In this document: positions 32,446 to 38,169 of the stretch, one piece after another
How the letters are laid out: every line of letters begins with the position of its first letter
Position numbering within the stretch: the stretch's first letter is position 1
DNA from: Candidatus Kaiserbacteria bacterium RIFCSPHIGHO2_02_FULL_49_16
GTDB taxonomy: Bacteria > Patescibacteriota > Minisyncoccia > Phycocordibacterales > UBA2100
Reading direction: 5' to 3'
Length of the DNA: 40,505 nt
Assembly: GCA_001781465.1 (NCBI GenBank)
Contig: MFLD01000031.1
Location: 1 to 40,505, forward strand
Program-made: the position numbers and the translations under genes
Notes under the pieces: model-generated
Seen by the model: the letters and a program-made list of their open reading frames with translations, nothing else
Told to the model about the DNA's origin: nothing
Database searches by the model: none

Positions 32446-32470
32446 AAATTGGACATCGGATGTCCAATTT
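32446..32470. repeat. 25-nt palindrome AAATTGGACATC-g-GATGTCCAATTT, left copy
   Basis: Identical 25-mer at 37820-37844. Both copies are preceded by CCCCA and followed by T-rich sequence. Confidence 0.9.
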
Positions 32471-32477
32471 GTTATCG

Positions 32478-32584
32478 CTTAGGTTGGATAGGTCGAACGG
32501 CTCATTTCCGCCTTAAATGAGCCGTTTGGACTTTTAATCTCGAGCAGTTTTCGTGTTTGACAGGTTGCTGGGGGGGGTAGGATT
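32478..32584 (+). repeat. Shared ~106-nt cassette leader, copy 1 (long hairpin + TTGACA + poly-G + TAGGAT)
   Basis: It aligns with 33864-33969 apart from a few substitutions, a reverse-complemented 7-nt hairpin loop (CCGCCTT against AAGGCGG) and G8 against G7. Confidence 0.85.
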
Positions 32585-32613
32585 AGGGTATTAGAAATAA
32601 CCTCTCACCCTTT

Positions 32614-33057
32614 ATGGCGTTTGGAGCATTTCGTGGAATGAAGCAGAAACTCTTAAGAGATAACCCAGTGGTTAGAAAATTGGAACAAAATCCAGCCAGT
32701 GAGGCCGGTTTTAGTTATGATAAATTACTTGGTGAAATAAACGGTATTCCTGATGTGGGGGAAGGTACTAATCCTCAATACGCACCTATGAAAAAGTTAA
32801 AGGCATTGAGAGGTTTCATTTCTAGTTTCAAAGACCGAAAAGAAAGGAGTGATCTTGAGTTGGCTTTTGATAATCGTGCATCGAGGTTTTTTGAGAAGCA
32901 AATTAATGTGCCTACTTCTTCCGGCCCCCAGGGGCTTGAACGTGGCCGCTGGCTCGAAGCACGACTAGGGGGATTTGAAAGGGTTGTAGGTGCATTTCCT
33001 TTTTTCCGCGAGACCACCAGAGAAGACTTGTTAAAAAAGGCAAGGGGTCACGAGTAA
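32614..33057 (+). CDS. Orphan 147-aa protein (cassette 1)
   Basis: ATG start, no recognisable motif, preceded by the shared leader. Confidence 0.5.
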   Translation: MAFGAFRGMKQKLLRDNPVVRKLEQNPASEAGFSYDKLLGEINGIPDVGEGTNPQYAPMKKLKALRGFISSFKDRKERSDLELAFDNRASRFFEKQINVPTSSGPQGLERGRWLEARLGGFERVVGAFPFFRETTREDLLKKARGHE

Positions 33058-33210
33058 CGAGCGAATTTCTTGAAAATTCCAAGGGTAGTTCTTGGAGTGG
33101 CGCTACGCAGGCATATTTGTAATGATTTGTGATGGCCATAACCTCTGCCTCTAGAACCTCCGAACCTCCGGACAAAGATGGGTACAAAAGAACTGGGCTC
33201 GTACAGACGG

Positions 33211-33238
33211 TTGCGCAATTTTGTACATTTTGTACAAT
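33211..33238 (+). promoter_or_regulatory. Promoter of the antitoxin/MazF-like pair (leaderless geometry) with a TTGTACA operator repeat
   Basis: TTGCGC (33211-33216), 16 nt, TACAAT (33233-33238), 6 nt, ATG (33245). The spacer contains TTGTACAttTTGTACAA. Confidence 0.6.
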
Positions 33239-33244
33239 GCATAA

Positions 33245-33496
33245 ATGAAGATTCTGACAACGACCAGCGCGCGCAAGCGCATCGGAGACATCGTTGACCG
33301 CGCAAAATACCGCGGCGAAGTTTTTGGAATCGGCAGGCGCGACTCGATTGACGCAGTGCTCATTGGATTCCCCAGATTCTATAATGCGGCGCTTGACGAT
33401 ATCACGAATGTGAATGTATATTCCAGAAGCTTCGATTTTCTGGAGGGCGAGCCCGATATCTATTCCGCTTCCGATTTGAAGAAGCGCTATGTCTAA
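33245..33496 (+). CDS. Type II antitoxin (Phd/YefM-like)
   Basis: 83 aa. MKILTTTSARKRIGDIVDRAKYRGEVFGIGRRD... It overlaps the downstream toxin gene by 8 nt. Confidence 0.65.
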   Translation: MKILTTTSARKRIGDIVDRAKYRGEVFGIGRRDSIDAVLIGFPRFYNAALDDITNVNVYSRSFDFLEGEPDIYSASDLKKRYV

Positions 33497-33809
33497 AGGA
33501 CGCATTGTCCTCATCCCGTTCCCCTTCACCGACCTCTCGGGCCAGAAAGTGCGTCCAGCTCTCATACTGCACGCCTCGCGCGGCGATGATTGCATAGTCG
33601 CATTCATATCTTCGCGCATTGAAAAGAGAAATCCGTTCGATGTTCGCATATCTGCGTCAGAGGCGAACGGTCTAAAAACAGAATCGGTCGTAAAGGTCGA
33701 TAAGCTCGCGACACTGCAAAAGAAAATCGTTATCGGCGAGCTCGGCGTCGCGGAACAGACGGTGCGCCGCGCCGTTGATGCGGCACTGCGGAAATTATTC
33801 CGCATATGA
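33489..33809 (+). CDS. Type II toxin, MazF/PemK family
   Basis: 106 aa. GRIVLIPFPFTDLSGQKVRPALIL is the PemK/MazF N-terminal signature. Confidence 0.75.
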   Translation: MSKGRIVLIPFPFTDLSGQKVRPALILHASRGDDCIVAFISSRIEKRNPFDVRISASEANGLKTESVVKVDKLATLQKKIVIGELGVAEQTVRRAVDAALRKLFRI

Positions 33810-33863
33810 GGTTTAACCTCCGGAAATTGTGCACATGCCAAAGCATTTTTCATGCGGGGCTCA

Positions 33864-33969
33864 CTTAGGTTGGATAGGTCGAACGGCTCATTTAAGGCGG
33901 AAATGAGCCGTTCGGACTTTTAACCTCGAGCAGTTTTCGCGTTTGACAGGTTTCTGGGGGGGTAGGATT
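33864..33969 (+). repeat. Shared ~106-nt cassette leader, copy 2
   Basis: See copy 1. Here TTGACA is at 33943-33948, the G7 run at 33956-33962 and TAGGAT at 33963-33968, 6 nt before the ATG at 33975. Confidence 0.85.
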
Positions 33970-33974
33970 TGGCT

Positions 33975-34697
33975 ATGGAAGGATTCAAGTCCCCTTTGCA
34001 CGACGAACATGTGCAGGAACGGAATCGGTATTTAAAAGGGAAAGAAGTGGAAATGGCGGAAGCAACCCTCCAACGACAAGAGCTCGATGCGCAAATAAGA
34101 CAAAGGGAAGTAACTGCGTGGGATACGCTTGGCGCCGAAGACTTAAGACGCGGGATAATTTCTGGCATACAGAAAAAGGACGCTAATGGAATAGTCCGCG
34201 CCCTGGTTGGCTATGTCATTAAAGGGAAAGAATTATTTGACAGGCAAAATTGGAAGGGACCTATTGGCACAGGTGATATGCATCGACAGACACGAGATAT
34301 CATATTTGGCGGAGACGGCAGTATAGGTATTAGTAGCGCTCTCAAAAATGCAATTCCAGATGTTGAGGCCAAACAAAGAATAATTTCAGAAATAGAAACG
34401 GAATTCGAACGATTTGCCAATGAATTAATTAGAAACCAGTTGTCAGAGGTACAAAAACAAGCGCATAATGATGGGAGAAGCAGGGCAGAGGGATACATAC
34501 GCACTATAAGCCAGAGCAAAGAACCAACGGCGCTAGATAATCTAGAAAAAGAAGTTAGCAGGGCAGAAGCTTTGCAGTCATGGATGGGTATACACGAACA
34601 CCACTCTAGAAAACTGGGGGAGGCATTCTATGGCGGTAGTTACGGTGAATTTACGAGGAAACTTCAAGCGGCTTTTGCGGGCAGCGGCCCAACATAG
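33975..34697 (+). CDS. Orphan ~240-aa coiled-coil-rich protein (cassette 2)
   Basis: The ORF track starts at the TTG at 33969. The ATG at 33975 fits the leaderless geometry. No recognisable motif. Confidence 0.55.
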   Translation: MEGFKSPLHDEHVQERNRYLKGKEVEMAEATLQRQELDAQIRQREVTAWDTLGAEDLRRGIISGIQKKDANGIVRALVGYVIKGKELFDRQNWKGPIGTGDMHRQTRDIIFGGDGSIGISSALKNAIPDVEAKQRIISEIETEFERFANELIRNQLSEVQKQAHNDGRSRAEGYIRTISQSKEPTALDNLEKEVSRAEALQSWMGIHEHHSRKLGEAFYGGSYGEFTRKLQAAFAGSGPT

Positions 34698-34770
34698 AAA
34701 GATTGGAAACTCTGGAGATTTAACTTTGAATGCGCTCCACGGGTAGTCCTTGGAATAACACCAGGCAGGT

Positions 34771-35019
34771 CTATTTGTAGTGATTATTTATGTCGATGAC
34801 CTCGACTGTGTCGCGGTTAGTGTAACTAAAAATCGCGCGATACTTTTTGTCTATCCGAAAACTGAAAATCCGAAGATGCTTCGGCTCCAACAACTCGACA
34901 TTTAGACTAGGATGAAAGAGGTTGTGCTCGAAGAGTTTCTTTTGTTTGTTGAATTTTGCGCTAAGATTGCGTCTCTTTAGATACTCTTCGAGTTCGCGAT
35001 GAAGAGCAAGTATGCGCAT
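34771..35019 (-). CDS. RelE/ParE-superfamily-like type II toxin (putative)
   Basis: 82 aa, basic, with the pattern ...LRIFSFRIDKKYRAIFSYTNRDTVEVIDINNHY. It lies 3 nt downstream of a small partner gene. Confidence 0.55.
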   Translation of the reverse strand: MRILALHRELEEYLKRRNLSAKFNKQKKLFEHNLFHPSLNVELLEPKHLRIFSFRIDKKYRAIFSYTNRDTVEVIDINNHYK

Positions 35020-35022
35020 GCG

Positions 35023-35250
35023 TCAGTGGTTCTTGAAATACGAGGATCGACGAAGTCCCTTTTCTATGCTTTTGAGAAATGCCGCGGAGTAGAGCTTAGT
35101 GCCCCGAAACTCTCGCAAGATTTCTTTTATATCGCGTGTTGGCGGTGGACTGAAAATATCTTCACGCGCGGCAGAGACAATCCGCTCATAAGCTGTAGCT
35201 CGACGCCGTAAGGCCTCGTATTGTGTTTTGCTGATGGTCACTGTACTCAT
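35023..35250 (-). CDS. Putative antitoxin partner
   Basis: 75 aa, immediately upstream of and co-directional with the 82-aa toxin-like ORF. Confidence 0.5.
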   Translation of the reverse strand: MSTVTISKTQYEALRRRATAYERIVSAAREDIFSPPPTRDIKEILREFRGTKLYSAAFLKSIEKGLRRSSYFKNH

Positions 35251-35282
35251 ACATGCGCAATAATAACATATCCGGCAAATTG

Positions 35283-35291
35283 TGATACAAT
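35283..35291 (+). promoter_or_regulatory. Extended -10 promoter of ndk (leaderless geometry)
   Basis: TGaTACAAT (35283-35291), 6 nt, ATG (35298). Confidence 0.55.
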
Positions 35292-35297
35292 CTCGCC

Positions 35298-35906
35298 ATG
35301 AATGCTCACCACAAAAAAGAACGAACGCTTGTTATCATCAAGCCCGATGGAATTCAGCGCTCGCTCATCGGCGAGATAGTCTTGCGATACGAACGACTGG
35401 GCTTGAAACTTGTCGGCCTCAAAATGACCGTGCCTACCGTGGAGCAGATAGAAGGACACTATACTCTTGACCCGAACTGGAGGCGCGTGACTGGAGAAAA
35501 AACGATAAAAAGTTATCGCGACAAGGGCCTGAAGCCGCCGTCCGAAGACCCGCTTGCAATTACCGCGGTTATTCTCAAAAATCTCAAAAAGTACATGACC
35601 GCGGGGCCCGTTATCTGCATGGTGTGGGAAGGGGCGCACGCGGTGGAGTTGGTTCGCAAAGTGACAGGCGGCACCGAACCGCGCTCGGCGCAAGTCGGAA
35701 CAATTCGCGGAGATTTTGTCGTGGATTCATACATAATGTCCGACCAAGATGACAGGGCTGTCCGCAATTTGATTCACGCCTCCGGTTCTGTTCCTGAGGC
35801 GGAAATGGAAATCCCCCACTGGTTCAAGAAAGACGAGCTGATTGATTATAAAGTGACGCACGAAGATATCATCTACGGAAAAGAATTGGAGGGTATTTTG
35901 CCCTAG
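35298..35906 (+). CDS. ndk: Nucleoside diphosphate kinase (long form)
   Basis: ERTLVIIKPDGIQRSLIGEIVLRYERLGLKLVGLKM and NLIHASGS. It is about 50 aa longer than the canonical Ndk. Confidence 0.9.
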   Translation: MNAHHKKERTLVIIKPDGIQRSLIGEIVLRYERLGLKLVGLKMTVPTVEQIEGHYTLDPNWRRVTGEKTIKSYRDKGLKPPSEDPLAITAVILKNLKKYMTAGPVICMVWEGAHAVELVRKVTGGTEPRSAQVGTIRGDFVVDSYIMSDQDDRAVRNLIHASGSVPEAEMEIPHWFKKDELIDYKVTHEDIIYGKELEGILP

Positions 35907-36163
35907 TAAGAACTCGAAAGGTTTCGCGCACTGTCCACAGTTGCGTCCCTGAATGTCAGGTCTATAATTCAGGTAGCGACAGGTATAACACCTGCTGGTA
36001 AAACTTAGGGAGCTCGAATCGCTTTAGACTCCGGTCTGAATGCTGAGGGCACCCACCTGGTAACACCCAGGCTTGCCGTGCCTGCCGCGCCTTGCCGCCC
36101 CGCCCTTGCGGGGCGTTATGGCATCCGGATAGGCACTGGGCAAAAGGAATGTGCCCACTTTTC

Positions 36164-36192
36164 TTGACATATATTAAAGCTATATATAGACT
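36164..36192 (+). promoter_or_regulatory. Promoter of the RelB/RelE-like pair (leaderless geometry)
   Basis: TTGACA (36164-36169), 17 nt, TAGACT (36187-36192), 6 nt, ATG (36199). Confidence 0.65.
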
Positions 36193-36198
36193 ATACGT

Positions 36199-36465
36199 AT
36201 GACTACACAAGTTGTATTTAATATAGACCCGAAAGTGAAGGCACGCGCGATGGAGCGGGCCAAGCGCGAGGGTATTCCCTTTGCTTCAGTATTGAAACTC
36301 GCGGCGAAGGCCTTCGCGGAGGGGCAATTTTCTGTCGGGATCGTCGACGAAATCCTTCCCCAGAAAATGCGGCTTCTTGAGCGGGAGTCTCGGCTACTCG
36401 ACAAAGGAAAAGGCCGCCGTTTTTCTTCCGTGAAGGACGCTCTAACGTTTGTGGAGAATCTGTAG
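36199..36465 (+). CDS. Type II antitoxin (RelB/DinJ-like ribbon-helix-helix)
   Basis: 88 aa. MTTQVVFNIDPKVKARAMERAKREGIPFASVLKLAAKAF. Confidence 0.65.
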   Translation: MTTQVVFNIDPKVKARAMERAKREGIPFASVLKLAAKAFAEGQFSVGIVDEILPQKMRLLERESRLLDKGKGRRFSSVKDALTFVENL

Positions 36466-36468
36466 GAT

Positions 36469-36750
36469 ATGAGAGAGCGGGAACCGAATCGGCTGACATT
36501 CTCGCCATGGTTTGAGAAAATACTCCGAACGCTTAAAAGAAAGAATCCGAATTTGGTGCGTGCATTTGCAAAGCACCTCCCCAAGGTCGTTGCGAATCCC
36601 GAACTTGGTAAGCCGTTGCGGCATTCTTTGCGAAACTACCGCCGCATTCATATTGAAGGTTCATTTGTCCTTTTATATGAGATACGGGAACGCGAAGTAT
36701 ACCTGATTGACCTCGACCATCACGATAGAGTGTATAAAAAGTACTCATAG
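36469..36750 (+). CDS. Type II toxin, RelE/ParE family
   Basis: 93 aa. ...GKPLRHSLRNYRRIHIEGSFVLLYEIREREVYLIDLDHHDRVY is the typical RelE/ParE C-terminal half. Confidence 0.7.
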   Translation: MREREPNRLTFSPWFEKILRTLKRKNPNLVRAFAKHLPKVVANPELGKPLRHSLRNYRRIHIEGSFVLLYEIREREVYLIDLDHHDRVYKKYS

Positions 36751-36789
36751 TTTGGCATTTGCTGGCGTTGTAACGGGGGCAGGGCATAG

Positions 36790-36822
36790 AAACTCCGCGT
36801 CCGCGGGGTTTTTGTGTTTTTT
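36790..36822 (+). terminator. Intrinsic terminator after the RelBE-like pair
   Basis: AAACTCCGCG/CGCGGGGTTT stem followed by TTTGTGTTTTTT. Confidence 0.65.
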
Positions 36823-36861
36823 GGCTGCAAAAGTGAAGCTGAAACCCCCTCAGAAATAATT

Positions 36862-36890
36862 TTGACATGGATATTTAATGCTGTTATGGT
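36862..36890 (+). promoter_or_regulatory. Sigma70-like promoter of the solute-binding-protein gene
   Basis: TTGACA (36862-36867), 17 nt, TATGGT (36885-36890). AAAGGAG is the SD about 8 nt before the ATG at 36945. Confidence 0.6.
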
Positions 36891-36944
36891 AACGGCATCC
36901 TCATCATTTGATGCGGAAAGTCAGCAACCAAAAGGAGCATTTCG

Positions 36945-37691
36945 ATGCAAGCCGACTCGCGATCTTTGAAAGCCAAGAGTAGTAGTATCAGAGTACTAGC
37001 AACCGGAGCGCCGTACCATGGCCTGATGGACGTTCTCCGTGAATTTGAGAGGGCTACCGGCGCCGTGGCGTTTGTGTACAAGGCACCTGTAGGCAAAGCA
37101 CTGGAGGTTCTCGGTGGTTGCGTCCAGGTGGACCTCGTCGTTCTACCCAGTTCAGCAATGGAAAAAGCCAGGGTTCGAAACTGGGTCCGTGTTAGTGGGC
37201 CTTTCGTCGACCTTGGTGGATCAGGGGTCGGGTTCTTTATCGGCCCCTCGTGGGAAGGCCCCGCCCCAGACGTTTCGTATCGGGAAGGTCTGATGGAGGC
37301 ACTGGAGGCGGCAGAGAGCATCGGCGTCACCGATCCTAAACTCGGTTCAGGGGGACGTATCGTAATGAACGCCCTTGAACACTTGGGTCCGGATGACCCG
37401 ATTCGCCGCAAAATCCGGCTCTTTCCGTCTGGTGATGCGACGTTCAAAGCTGCGGCAGAAGAGCAGACGATGGTGGCGCTTGGTCTGGTCTGCGAGGGTC
37501 TGGCGACTCACGGGCTCGAACTGGCAGGCTCGCTTCCCCCGGGCATGAACCAAGTGACGCAGTATATGGCGGGAATGTCCCAGACGGTTTACGTCCAAAA
37601 CGAGGGACTCGTCGGCCAGCTGCTTGATCTGCTGAAACGGAGCCGACAAACCTTCGTCGCACACGGACTCGACGAAGAGCCTGACCAGTGA
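36945..37691 (+). CDS. Orphan ModA-like (type 2 periplasmic-binding fold) solute-binding protein, GC-rich, no signal peptide
   Basis: 248 aa. IRVLATGAPYHGLMDVLREFERATG..., VDLVVLPSSAMEK and GVTDPKLGSGG resemble molybdate/SBP_bac_11-type binders. There are no adjacent permease or ATPase genes. Confidence 0.6.
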   Translation: MQADSRSLKAKSSSIRVLATGAPYHGLMDVLREFERATGAVAFVYKAPVGKALEVLGGCVQVDLVVLPSSAMEKARVRNWVRVSGPFVDLGGSGVGFFIGPSWEGPAPDVSYREGLMEALEAAESIGVTDPKLGSGGRIVMNALEHLGPDDPIRRKIRLFPSGDATFKAAAEEQTMVALGLVCEGLATHGLELAGSLPPGMNQVTQYMAGMSQTVYVQNEGLVGQLLDLLKRSRQTFVAHGLDEEPDQ

Positions 37692-37819
37692 CATGGCAGG
37701 TGTGCGGAACCCCATGTTCTTTTTTTTCCGCAATAAGCCGTCCCGAGCCTGAAGAGAGGGCTGACAGGGGGCGACTTTTTCTTTTTTTAATAAACTCCAT
37801 TACACTGACTGCCCCATAT

Positions 37820-37844
37820 AAATTGGACATCGGATGTCCAATTT
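37820..37844. repeat. 25-nt palindrome AAATTGGACATC-g-GATGTCCAATTT, right copy
   Basis: Identical to 32446-32470. Here it is followed by TTTT and, 5 nt later, by the leu promoter -35 box. Confidence 0.9.
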
Positions 37845-37849
37845 TGGGC

Positions 37850-37878
37850 TTGACACGAAAACGATTCTCGCCTATTTT
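37850..37878 (+). promoter_or_regulatory. Sigma70-like promoter of the leu operon
   Basis: TTGACA (37850-37855), 17 nt, TATTTT (37873-37878), 6 nt, ATG of the leader peptide (37885). Confidence 0.65.
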
Positions 37879-37884
37879 GATGCT

Positions 37885-37956
37885 ATGACTGCACGATATT
37901 CAACAACACAAAAAGGTCTCCTTCTCCTTGCGCTTACACTACACTGCGAGGGGTAA
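37885..37956 (+). CDS. Leucine-rich leader peptide (23 aa) of the leu operon
   Basis: MTARYSTTQKGLLLLALTLHCEG. There are six Leu in eight codons (CTC CTT CTC CTT gcg CTT aca CTA). It sits between the promoter and a terminator hairpin upstream of leuC. Confidence 0.6.
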   Translation: MTARYSTTQKGLLLLALTLHCEG

Positions 37957-37984
37957 TCCTGTTGCTCAAAATCAAGAGAAAACA

Positions 37985-38016
37985 AGACCTGGCCTCTCGC
38001 AAGAGAGGCTAGGTCT
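37985..38016 (+). terminator. Attenuator terminator hairpin in the leu leader
   Basis: AGACCTGGCCTCTC-gcaa-GAGAGGCTAGGTCT is a 14-bp stem with one G.U pair, followed by GTTATATT. GAGGGG at the leader-peptide stop could pair with CCTCTC as an anti-terminator. Confidence 0.55.
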
Positions 38017-38059
38017 GTTATATTAGTAATAAACCCAGGTATGACAAAAGAGAAAACAA

Positions 38060-38169
38060 CCCCATTAGAAATCGCGGACGCGCATCGTCAAGAAATTGTA
38101 TGAACAGCAAACCAAAACAACATAATCGAGCTAAGAAACCAGCCAGTGCGCGTCCTATTTCTAACGGGG
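38060..38169. mobile_element. Copy E4: 110-bp inverted-repeat element inserted in codon 7 of leuC
   Basis: Arms CCCCATTAGAAAT (38060-38072) and ATTTCTAACGGGG (38157-38169). Its interior shares TCGCGG(A/T)CG(C/T)G(C/T)AT(C/T)GTC with E3. Removing 38060-38169 joins the ATG at 38041 in frame to ...GQTLYEKIWDAHVV. Confidence 0.75.

Noticed and set aside
31940-32446. RNase P RNA, tmRNA, SRP RNA or 5S rRNA in the non-coding stretch
   Set aside because: I looked on both strands for GGAAAGUCCGGGC and ACAGAA..CGGCUUA (RNase P), GGGG...UUCGAC with a ...UCCACCA tail (tmRNA), the GGAAGCAGCC SRP motif and 5S loop motifs. Only loose resemblances were found (for example GGAAAGCGAGGGCU and GAGAACUGCCGGCC).
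32478-32545. Integron attC-like interpretation of the cassette-leader hairpin
   Set aside because: The hairpin is imperfect and contains GTTGGAT (which fits GTTRRRY). However, the polarity is inverted relative to attC (GTT... at the 5' side, ...AAC at the 3' side). It also lies 5' of the ORFs, and no integrase is in the window.
32912-33853. 313-aa minus-strand ORF spanning cassette 1, the antitoxin and the MazF-like toxin
   Set aside because: It runs antisense to three better-supported + strand genes with recognisable motifs. Its product is Ala/Arg/Ser-rich and low in complexity, and it crosses a promoter and a conserved trailer. It is probably a composition artefact. Only its ...AITNHYKY segment may be a relic of a toxin 3' end.
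36884-37830. Three 128-187 aa minus-strand ORFs over the GC-rich region
   Set aside because: These are typical stop-poor antisense frames in GC-rich DNA with Arg/Pro/Ser-rich products. The + strand gene has a promoter, an SD and a recognisable binding-protein fold signature.
37885-38100. T-box riboswitch upstream of leuC
   Set aside because: No T-box sequence (AAUUAGGGUGGUACCGCG-like) or specifier-loop architecture is present. The Leu-rich uORF plus terminator explains the leader better.
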